DNA from: Yuukianura sp. NJ FZ-2021
Taxonomy: Eukaryota
DNA: 64,000 bases
Direction of reading: 5' to 3'
NCBI GenBank assembly: GCA_046563655.1
Contig: JAJCTO010000018.1
Location: 62,001 to 126,000, forward strand
Part shown: in pieces, positions 24,631-35,791 of the stretch
Numbering within the stretch: the stretch's first letter is position 1
Layout: each line of letters begins with the position of its first letter
The notes under the pieces: generated by a model
The model's input: only the letters and a program-made list of their open reading frames with translations
The model's database searches: none
Told to the model about the DNA's origin: nothing
Made by a program: the position numbers and the translations under genes

Positions 24631-25181
24631 CTGTTGAACGTAAACTTGGTTCTTTAATATTGTTTGAACAGACCAATCTGCAGTCCTCCTTGTTTAACCT
24701 TCATTTTAGTTTAAGTGAGTACTCTTGTACTCATAGCGGTCTTCCGACTCCACTCCTCACCTTCACAGAGGACGAAGTATCAACCTCCCTGGAGGTGACG
24801 TGGTCACTCTCAGGGTCAATGTGTGGAGGCCGAATCGCCTCCAACCCATAGTTAGTTTTAGTTTCAACTTTCAGTTATCTTCCAGCACTCGCCGCGAAAC
24901 ATTCTCTCTTATTGCTTACTTGAGCATAAGATTTGTTCATAGTAAAGTTCACAGGAAAACATTATTGTTTTAAGTCTTGTTGCATAGAGCTGTCTGTTTT
25001 TCCATTTTTTGTGCTCATCCACTCGGAAAGTTTGGAACGTTCAAACGATAACATCTCAGCATTTCATCATTCAGTTATTGCAAATCACTTCTTTCCATCC
25101 ACCTATTTCACAACCGGATAAGTCCAAGTCTGAGGTCTTACGTATTAGTCCAACGCATCACCCAAACCGCGAGCTCAATCA

Positions 25182-26199
25182 ATGGCAACAAACCAAGGTA
25201 ATCTAGGATATAGATGCAAGGTGGGCCCCAGAAGAGTTTACCCAAGTGAAAGAAAGAGAAACTCTCACATGAGTTTCTTATGCGAGGAGTGAGAGGAAAA
25301 GAAAGAGGGTAAACTCTTCTGGGGCCCACACTGTACATTTTTTTTCAATATCGGCATTTGTATAATTTGAATTTTTATCATATCAGATTTATCAATGAGT
25401 TTGAAGACTTTGGGTGATGAAGTAACGCGGAGCGTCGTTGTGATCAACATGCCGAACGACTTTAAAACGTGGCAAGCAGTACTGCAAAGCAATTACGATG
25501 ATGCTGTCGAGCAATTTACTACCCTTCAACATCTGCATGCTATCATGGAAGTTGAATGCAAGTCATTGCTTGCACTACACGCTCGTCTTGAAGCTGAACT
25601 TCTGGCACAAAACGGTCGATATGCTACGCTTTTTGACGAATATGCACATGTGTTGAAGTGCATTGGTGACTTGGCACGCAACGGCTCCAGTCATAAATTT
25701 TGGCTTAGTTCAGGTAAGTACTGTTTTCGATGAATTCGAGTTTGCTCAATTTATGTGTTCTAACCAATGCATATGCATAACCTCAACCTAATTCTTTCCA
25801 GATGACGTAACACCAGGTAATCTTAAAGTGAAACTGGAGGCCGACTCTAAAGCAAATCAAAAAGCTGATGAAGATTACAATTTGGGGGAAAAGAAATCCA
25901 GAAGCGACTCGCGCGATGACATTGCTACTCATTCCGTATGCAACTCGTCATGTACGCCATCGTTCCCAAAACCGGACAAACCAGACTCGCAAATTACTAC
26001 TCATGGATGTTTGATTGAAAACTACAACCAATTATTCAACGCATTTACAAAACTCAAGGACCAAAATGAATCTATTAGGGCAAAAAACAGTACTACATAC
26101 AGTCTCATAACCAAAAGTGTGCAAGAATATAACGAGATGTACAGCAATTTCTATGAAATGCGCCAAAAGTACTTCATTTCATATGAGCAAAGAAGTTAG
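25182..26199 (+). CDS. Uncharacterised coiled-coil protein
   Basis: Exons at about 25182-25197, 25388-25713 and 25802-26199 with phase-1 introns. AATAAA follows at about 26225. Confidence 0.55.
25217..25333. mobile_element. Tc1/mariner-type MITE in an intron
   Basis: TIRs gtgggccccagaagagtttaccc / gggtaaactcttctggggcccac. The right end is actg followed by TA. Confidence 0.75.
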
Positions 26200-26339
26200 G
26201 TAATCCCTTACTTTAGAGGTCAATAATAAAATTATCTCTGTATGGAAACGATTGGCGTTTTATAAGAAAATTCAGTGTTAACTTTAGCGTACAAGTTTGA
26301 AAAATTATTTCCATTAACTTGAACTGGTTATCTTGCGTA

Positions 26340-27360
26340 AATCCTATGAACAAATTTTAAGTAATGGACCTTTTTGGAATCTACAGAGTTGGTAGTTCAT
26401 GAAATAATTCAGTTTCAATTTTAGCCTTCAACTTTGAAATTTTTTTTTTCAACTTTGACTAGTTTTCCTGTCTAAACGCTACGAAGAATTTTTGAATAAT
26501 GGACCTTTTTGGAATCTACAGAGTTGGTAGTTCATGAAATAATTCAGTTTCAATTTTAGCGTTCAACTATGAAAAAAAAATTCTTCAACTTTGACAAGTT
26601 TTCCTGTGTAAACGGTGCGAAGAATTTTTGAATAATTAGTTGATTGTTGGAATTTAGACTCTTTCGTAAGCGTGGAAAAATTCAAACTCAGTTAAAGTAT
26701 TCATTTTGAAATTTTGATGTATTTTGAAACTTTCATCTAATGTTTGGATACTTGTGCACGGTCGATTTTTCTAAAAATGATATCGTTGGAATCTGCACAC
26801 TTTGGTAAGTGAGGAAAAATTCAAGTTAATTTGAGGTATTCATTTTTTGAAATATTTTGAAATGTTGTCGTAATGTTTAGATACTTGTGCACGGTCGATT
26901 TTTCTAAAAATGATATCGTTGGAATCTACACACTTTGGTAAGTGAGGAAAAATTCAAGTTAATTTGAGGTATTCATTTTTTGAAATATTTTGAAATGTTG
27001 TCGTAATTTTTAGATACTTGTGCACGGTCGATTTTTCTAAAAATGGTATCGTTGGAATCTACACACTTTGGTAAGTGAGGAAAAATTCAAGTTAATTTGA
27101 GGTATTCATTTTTTGAAATATTTTGAAATGTTGTCGTAATGTTTAGATACTTGTGCACGGTCGATTTTTCTAAAAATGGTATCGTTGGAATCTACACACT
27201 TTGGTAAGTGAGGAAAAATTCAAGTTAATTTGAGGTATTCATTTTTTGAAATATTTTGAAATGTTGTCGTAATGTTTAGATACTTGTGCACGGGCGATTT
27301 ATCTAAAAATGGTATTTTTGGTATCCAGACACCTTGAAAAGTGTAGGAAAATTCAAATTC
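26340..27360. repeat. 133-bp tandem satellite (about 5 near-identical units plus 2-3 diverged units)
   Basis: gatacttgtgcacg at 26747, 26880, 27013, 27146 and 27279 (period 133). Diverged pair at about 26363 and 26498. Confidence 0.92.
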
Positions 27361-27535
27361 AACTGTGGCGGTAAAGTTGAAAACTTTTTTTTCTATTTTG
27401 CTTTTAATGCTTCAATTTTCAAAGGAAATGATTACATAGAACTATAAACAACAAAACGAAACCAAATTTTTGTTAGACTGGCAGAGTAATATCAACTGCG
27501 TAGAGCTAACAATGGGTTTTCTCTAAAGCGCTGAA

Positions 27536-28662
27536 TTAGCTCTGCTGTTGCCTAGAAGATCTTAGGCTTCTTGTGCTTACAGCCGGCGTTTCCAGTTCTT
27601 CATTTGCGATATATGATTTTCTTTCATTTTCTTCATACAGGTCGATCAAGTACTCACAATCCAAGTTTCTTGCTGGCTCCCAAGTGTTTCTAGTAAAATG
27701 TTACACATGCAACTCGTTAGCTTAGGGTTCAGTTGTTTTAAACGGAAAATTTGGGTAAATACAACATGCTTGAATGTTTCGCAACTTACACCTCGAAACC
27801 TTTCCACTTCACCAAGTAGTAGAACACACCATATTCTCTTTCCTTTTGTAAAATTGCATCCACTTCGTGTTTTCTTTGAGGTTTATACTTTGTAGTATCC
27901 ACTTTTTGACGGTAGTCAAACGGCTGATGAAGGGGTGGTGTGGCAACAGAGTTATGTTCTACAATTTCCTTCTTCAGTGTCAACAACTCCAAGTAAAGCT
28001 CGATTTCCACAATGGTTTTCGGCATTCGGTTCAAGTACAAGTCTTGTAAGACTGGATATCCGTAGAGGAGTCTACAAAAACCGCTAACTGCTGCCACACC
28101 ACACGAAAATTCGCACCTAAAATTAGGTATTTAGGTTCAAATGGTTATGTTTGTTCCAGATATTTAGTTGCAATGTTGTTAGCTAATAATAAGCCTTTTG
28201 TAGATAATGGTTACCATGACAGCTTCGTTCTTCCATTGTCATACTTCAACTCAGCATCTTCGCCGTACTTCTCCAACAATATTCTTTTGAGGTATGAACG
28301 TAGGTCGTTGTCAGCTCGTTCTCGCTTGTTTTTGCGACCCATCTCGTAGCATCCTCTTCCCCATATTGCGTCAAACACCGTACATCTCCATTCCCCCAGT
28401 CTTTTGCAAATCTTCATGACTTTACCGTGATTGTACTGATTATGTAAGTTTGGACTATTCTCGTTACGAACATCGTGGAACAGTATAATCATTGTTGGCA
28501 TTTCAACTGGAAACTGCTTGATGATCCGGGTTATGATCTTCCCTCCTTTTATTGTTGAAGTGGCACGTGAGAAAAAAGTTGACTCTGGGGTATCATGCTC
28601 TATTGAATCAATGTAGGCGGAAATTACATCAGACTCCAGTGTAAAGAAGCTTTCCTGTTGAC
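27536..28662 (-). CDS. Ulp1-like (C48-type) cysteine protease domain fused to a chromodomain (5' end unresolved)
   Basis: Chromodomain: HEVDAILQKEREYGVFYYLVKWKGFE|NTWEPARNLDCEYLI. Upstream motifs LESDVISAY, NHGKVM, CTVFDAI and FSCGVAAV give an H-D-C order like Ulp1. The chromodomain call is strong; the protease call is inferred. Confidence 0.65.
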
Positions 28663-28944
28663 TGCAATTATAAAGCGAAAACTTTGTTATTTTAGTTTTG
28701 AATTAAACTCCTCTAGACTGGTTGGATACTAGACACTTACATTAAATTGTTAAATCAAAATGAAAAATAATGCATGAATTGGCTAGGTTTTTTGCAAAGT
28801 GAACACAAATTTGAATACAAGATTATATCCTAAAAAAGCCGCAGAAGTAGAACAGCAATTATCCGAAGTAATGAATGTATTTCTTTTTAATTTTCCCAAA
28901 AAAATCATTCAAAAAAGGTTATGGGTAGGGCATTTTTTAATTTT

Positions 28945-31900
28945 TCATTCAACCGATGTGGTTGCCTTCTTCCGTCCTCTCTTCTGAAAATAATAAACAA
29001 TCAACTTAGGTACCCTGGAGATATGTTTACAAATGATTAGTTTATAAGAGATTTCTCGTTTAGAGTTACCGTTTTCTTTGGACGTCCCACGGGTTTCTTG
29101 GCAACCACCTTTTTTGGAGCAGGCTGAGCCCTCACTTTTGGCAACTTTGTTGCGCCAGATCGGCCAGATCGGCGAAAATCTGCATAGCAAAATCCAAATT
29201 GTTACTTAGTACTACAATTTACAACTTTCATATAAGTAAATTTCATAGTTCTCATGAAACGTCACTGAATTACTTGAAAAGTTTTGAAACTATATTTAAT
29301 CATACTATTGAGAAGTGCATTAAGCTCTCTCGAAGTTGTAGCAAGTTGTGGACGTGAATGTGGAGCAGGTTCGGGCACAACTTCTGGTACGACCTCCTCT
29401 ACCTGGCTTCTTGCTTGTTGCAATCTTCGCAACATTCGTCGCCGCCTCACCTCATCTATGAGATAAGTTGTACTTTTGTAAATAATTTATACTTGTACTT
29501 ACTCGTGCATGTTGTGGAGCAAAGGACTTACCGTCAATTCTTGGAACCACGATTTGAACTATAAGAAACCAACCAAAAACTTAACTTCCTTTAATACAAT
29601 TAATAATACTTATGTAGCTACGCTCAAAGAATACTACCGATACGTACTTTCTCTTGTAATTGGTGGTTTGTGGCCTTTATATAAAAACACAAAACATTTA
29701 AGTTCCGGAATATTTTTAACGTACAGTCTTATGCAAAGGTGAATTTAGATAATCAAGAATACAACATAACTCACCCATGCCCTTCCTGTCAGACGCAGTA
29801 GCTTTCCTAGGTTCCGCCCTATAAAGGTCATTTTGTTAATAAGTTGTTATACAACTCATCAGCATCAAAAGTTATAAGGCAAAATAACTATGACTCGTGG
29901 TTAGCAAATGCGGACAACGTGAATCTTGCTATAGCTATTGAATAAAAAAGGTTACTAGATTGGTTTCTACCAATCTGATTACCTCAGACTCATGATGTAA
30001 CAGTACTGCGCGTTGCATGAGAAGAGCAGACTTACAAAGTTTTGATTCAGGTCTCATAATTTTGTGCTTTTGGTTAGGTTAGGCTATTAAGGCATTGCGG
30101 TATATTAGGCTAACGGACTGGTTAGGTAATGCTTACGGAAGCGATGTATAAAAAGCTAAACTTTTGTTCCATAGTTGGAAAAGTTACGATATTTTAAACT
30201 ATTACGTCTGTACACAGGTTACAAAGTACTCGTGTGTGTAGTACAATCGGTGGACTGTGAAAGTAGAATAATTTCTCGTTAAAGAATCAGATTACGGCAA
30301 GTAACGCTTGTCAATAAACAAAATGTGATACTTAATTTGTGTAATGTTATAAATATATATTATCCGTTATTCTATGTCTAGTATCCAACTAAACGCTACT
30401 TGTTTCTACTATAAAAGAACGTTAAATTTTCCGAACACTTACGTCACTTCAGCAAGGTTTCGGGCACCTTCACGCACGCCAAATTGCCTAAAAGATGCAC
30501 ATTTTGTTATAACAAATAAAGATAATACGTTCGTCTTTAACTTACTTCTTCGGCTTCTTGACTTCCTGCGTCGCTTTAGTACTGATATGTAGAAAACAAC
30601 GTTAGCAAGAATTGAACCAGTTGTACAATTCAACTTATGAATTTTCAATTGATTGAAAGCGAATACCTTGTCCCCGGAACGGCATCACGAGACTTTTTCT
30701 CGCGTGCGGCTTGTGGCACAGAAGAGGAAGCCCGATTTCCAGGTTCTAATTATACAAAATAGAAATAACCGATTCGCATTTCGGTAACCTAATCAGCGAT
30801 TGCTGTAATGTTAATTTCTGCAAAAAACCCTCACGAATTGACTTAGGATAATTGATTATACTACATTTTACACTCACCTTTTGATTTCTTCGTCTCACTT
30901 AGTCCCAATCCTTGCATAAATTTCGCCTTTGGAGATACCGGTCTAAAATTAACAGGCAAATGGCTAGTTATCATTTTATTGTGCATAACAAATGGGTAAC
31001 TTCAACTTACTTCATTCGCTTGGCGGGTTTTTCCGGAGATAATGAGGTGCTAAAAATGAAATGTCGAAAGTTTAAGGTCATTCTCCAAGTTAGGTTATTT
31101 AGACATGTAAATTAATATAGAAGTGCACATGCATTCTCCTCTCCTTTTTGGGTGGAGCATTTGTTAGTTCAATTTTACTATAATGATTCATAAAATATTT
31201 GAGATACTATCAGCTTTTTTGAAATACCATAGTGTAACGTTGTTAAGCAATAGTTGGTTATCGTTATTCCTATACAGACAAAAGTTGATGATGGAATGCT
31301 TACTTTGACTTTTTTGAAGCGGTTCCTCGTGGCGTTTTCCTGGTGTCTTGTTGCTTCTTTGACCTATAATATTGTAGTCAAAATTAGAATTACCTAACCT
31401 AACCTAACCTAGGTTAAATTAGAATATACTTACACTTCCATCTCCTCAGGTTCATCATCGGATGATGAGTCACTATATATTCTAATGAATTAAAATGTTA
31501 AGAAAATTAGGTTACTACTTTCAGTTACACATACTGAGCTGACAATTTATAATTTCAAAATTTGCCCTTACACACGCTGCTTCTTCTTCGCAGGTGCAGT
31601 CGGTTTTACATGTTTGCTAGAGTGAGTAATAAAATATTTGAGATACTTGTAATAGTAGCATTGTTCATTTTTATGTTTGCAACAAATGGAAATTATGAAC
31701 CTCGTCGACGCAACTGCCGCTGATTGTGTAGCAGCGTAAACTGGTGCTGGGGCACTGCAATATAGAATCTAATATTACTTTACCTTCACTACATTCTTGT
31801 CGACACTTTCAAAAAATTTTAAACGTATTACCAAGAAACTTGATCCTTTGTTAGGTCTTTCTTCCTTCTAAAACGTGTTTGAAAATTAGTTAATATATTA

Positions 31901-34015
31901 CTTCCTTGGTAGCATCAAAATCGGAAGTCACATTTAACTTGCGCTCGATTTTGACTACAATTAACAATTATCTTCTTAATATATTGCACTTACGGCACGC
32001 GATGAATACGGAAGCGATGATGACCCGCCACCGCAGCGTTTCCTTTACCTTGCGGATTACTAGCATCAAATTTCATCTTTTGCATTATGATCACAGAGCC
32101 AAAAATCATAACAAATAACTAAACTTTCACTTACGGAACTTCTTGGCCATTTTGCGCATTCAATGCTTCGCTAGAAGATGTAGTTTCAACAGGTTTTAAC
32201 AAATAATTTATTACATAACGAAAACGAACGGTTTATACTAGAATAACTCACAATGCAAGCACATTAGGACGTTCAGCTTCTGTCACGTTTGCCATAAAAT
32301 AAAACAAAATTTAATTAGTTTAATTACCATGCTTTATTATGCTACCCCCACTTACCATTCCGTTCAACATCAACTCCCTCAACTCCCGGTCTAACCAAGA
32401 CATTTGCATCCCTGCTACACCTACAACAATAGGAATATTTACAATCTGGTAAGCCAAGCGGCATTCAAATATTACCCAGCAGGTAGTTGAGACGCGGCAC
32501 AAGCCGGAAATGCTCCAGATTGGTAAGGATCAACGATTTTCCAGCCTGACATTCGCCTTTCCAATCTGTTGAGCCTTTGAATAGCATTAGTTCAAAAAAT
32601 CATGCGTATTTTCTCGTATGAAATGTTGTCGAGATATAAGGTGACTTAAGGCTAACCTAACACGTGGCATAACTTTGGCAATTAAAAAAAAATTTTAAGC
32701 ATTATAAAGCAACGTACCTGTCTTGATTTGTATCTGCTGATTAAAAACAAACCAACTTATTATTCACAAAACTATTATGCTCTGTTATACGAAAATTATC
32801 ACCTTCTCCATCAGGACCTACACCAGCATCTCCAGCCCCTTCGCCTCCTTGCGCCACCATTTCATCTATAAGTTCTGCTGTTTTCAGCAAAAAAAATATA
32901 TTATTTTCATGTAATAATTTTATCTTTTATAATTCAAAAATTATTACCTCCGTCACCACCTTCCTCCACCCTTTCCTCCACAACCACCATTTCTCCCTCC
33001 ACTCTTCCTGTTTCCAAAAAAAATTTCAAACATTATTATTTAAGCAATTTTATGCTTTATAATTCAAAAATTATTACCTCCGTCACCACCTTCCTCCACC
33101 CTTTCCTCCACAACCACCATTTCTCCCTCCACTCTTCCTGTTTCCAAAAAAATTTCAAACATTATTATTTAAGCAATTTTATGCTTTATAATTCAAAAAT
33201 TATTACCTCCGTCACCACCTTCCTCCACCCTTTCCTCCACAACCACCATTTCTCCCTCCACTCTTCCTGTTTCCAAAAAAATTTCAAACATTATTATTTA
33301 AGCAATTTTATGCTTTATAATTCAAAAATTATTACCTTTGTCACCACCTTCCTCCACCCTTTCCTCCACAACCACCCTTTCTCCCTCCACTCTTCCTGTT
33401 TCCAAAAAAATTTCAAACATTATTATTTAAGCAATTTTATGCTTTATAATTCAAAAATTATTACCTTCGTTACCACCTTCCTCCACCCTTTCCTCCACAA
33501 CCACCCTTTCTCCCTCCACTCTTCCTGTTTCCAAAAAATTTCAAACATTATTATTTAAGCAATTTTATGCTTTATAATTCAAAAATTATTACCTTCGTTA
33601 CCACCTTCCTCCACCCTTTCCTCCACAACCACCCTTTCTCCCTCCACTCTTCCTGTTTCCAAAAAAATTTCAAACATTATTATTTAAGCAATTTTATGCT
33701 TTATAATTCAAAAATTATTACCTTTGTCACCACCTTCCTCCACCCTTTCCTCCACAACCACCCTTTCTCCCTCCACTCTTCCTGTTTCCAAAAAATAAAC
33801 ATACATCATTACTATAGTATTTTAGGTTTTACATAATGCAAAACTTATAACCTTCCCCTGAAGCATTCCGGCCCCTAACCCCTGCAGGTTTAAAAAAAAC
33901 AATGTTTATTATTAAACAATTCTATGCTTTGTAATGGGACAACTCTAACCATAGTCATGGTCCCACATCACCACAACTACCGACACATCCTCAGCTGCTT
34001 CTCCTGAATGACTTC
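28945..34015 (-). CDS. Micro-exon-rich gene (or genes) encoding a low-complexity nuclear protein with an AT-hook
   Basis: More than 20 exons of about 20-130 nt bounded by ag/gt. The in-frame chain from 34015 to about 31993 was checked by hand. KKPVGRPKK (AT-hook) at about 29075-29100 and KRGRKK at the end. Continuity over the full span is unproven. Confidence 0.5.
32920..33795. repeat. 129-bp tandem repeat, 7 units, each a 60-nt exon plus an intron of about 69 nt on the minus strand
   Basis: Unit on the minus strand: ..ggaaacag|GAAGAGTGGAGGGAGAAATGGTGGTTGTGGAGGAAAGGGTGGAGGAAGGTGGTGACGGAG|gtaata.. Confidence 0.9.
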
Positions 34016-34737
34016 TGAAAGTAAAACAAATAATAAATTAAACCAAACACAGTTGTCAAATCTAAATCTAACCCTAATTTGAAAAAGTAAGCGTCCGATT
34101 CAGTCAAAACTATTCTTTCATAAATACGCATTCCACTGTCATACTGTTTCATGCTCTTAAAATTTATCCAAGTATTAAAGTGATTTCGTTCAAGTATACT
34201 TCAGTTAAAAAATTGATATCCCGCATAACATTTCATGTTACAAGCCATTTCGCCGATTGACTCAAGTTAAATAGATTTTGTTCCCAAACAAAAGTTTTCG
34301 AGAACAACATTATTTGTAAAATTACATTTTTAAATTAAATTGTCAAAAATTAAATTGTCTTAAGTTCCACTTTTACTTTTGTTGAATTAAATGGGGTTCC
34401 GCATCAGTTCATATAAGAAATCGTTTCACGAAATTGAAAAAGAAAATGAAAAATGAAAATTTTCAAAATTTTCCACAACACAATTTCTTTCACTTTATAC
34501 ATAGAATACTCAGTTATCCATTAATATTTTACAAAAGTAAAATTTGATTTGTTTTGAGCATTAGGTTCAATTCAACTTGACATAAAACCAAATTTGAAAA
34601 ATTAACCCCTTTACGTTCAGTCATTTCCTTCAACTTCTTCCACTGAATATTCATGTTTACATGAAATGTCGAAACTTTAAATCCAGCAAATCTTTCTCAG
34701 AGTTAACGCCTCACGGAATCAGCGAAACGGCTTGTAA

Positions 34738-35443
34738 CCATGTGTGGTAATTGAGAGAGGCCACTCAAGCAGAAGCGCACCGCGACTCCAAAAAATCCAC
34801 TCCAAAACGATAAAAAAAATTGAAACCCGTTACAGCTAGTGGGAATAAGGCTTAACCTTCAAAATCTTACAATCCAAATTTTTCTTCAGTGTGAATAAGG
34901 CTTAACCTTCAAAATCTAAAAATCCGCTCACTATTAGTTCCGCTCCGCTCATAGCGTAAAAAAACTTTAATGACCGCTCCAATCTTTCCCTCTTACATAG
35001 AAAAAGTGAGTGAAGCTTATTTATCAAAAATTGTTTCGTTTATCTCTGCCCAAATAAACAAAAGAAAAACTGTTCAATGACTGATCCGCTCCCGCCCTAC
35101 CGATCCACAATCCTTCCCATCAAAATTCCGGTGCCGCTCCTGCGATTCCCGATTTTTTCGCCTACCCACAGCTACCGCTCCACCGATCTCAGATTTTTCC
35201 GCTCGCCTCTGCTCCCGATCTTTCCATCCCCGATTTTTCTACCCGCTCCGCCGCTCCCGCCCCACCGATCCCCGATATTTCCACGCGAGACTCCCTCCCG
35301 CTCCTCTGAACCACATTAATGCGAGCGGAGATCGGGGAATGCATATATCGGGGAGCTGGGATTGAAAAGTGCCGAGCTTTGCAAACCGCTCTTTTTTTTT
35401 CATTGCTCTTACAAGAGCGGCTCTCTCTCAATTAGCACCTTCA
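34738..35443. mobile_element. Degenerate hAT-like non-autonomous element (same family as 57976-58330)
   Basis: Ends gtggtaattgagagag and ctctctcaattagcacc. ccgctc-rich interior and a shared aaactttaa.gaccgc motif. Confidence 0.65.
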
Positions 35444-35791
35444 TTTTTAAACCTTTAAAAATTCTTTAACGAACCCTTTCGCCTTAGTACGGGCTACTCT
35501 GGTTCCACACCAAACCAACACAAAAAGATTTTCAGTTTTAATTTGCTTAAAATACACTAAAATTATAAGCTTAACCCTATTTTCGTACATTAGCTTAATT
35601 TAAAAATTTCATAAAATACATGTCTAAAATTAAATTAACAGTTACATAGAAAACATTGATAAGTCACTAAAAAGTTAAAATTATACATAAAATTGAAGGT
35701 TAGGTGTTAAAATGCAAAAAAAAAATTCTACAGAAAAAAGTTTACAGAATTTTTCCAATTGACTTTGACTAATTAATTGATCCCTCAACAC

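Noticed and set aside
33052..33836. Plus-strand His/Phe-rich repeat ORFs
   Set aside because: These are read-through of the 129-bp repeat. The splice signals indicate the minus strand is the coding one.
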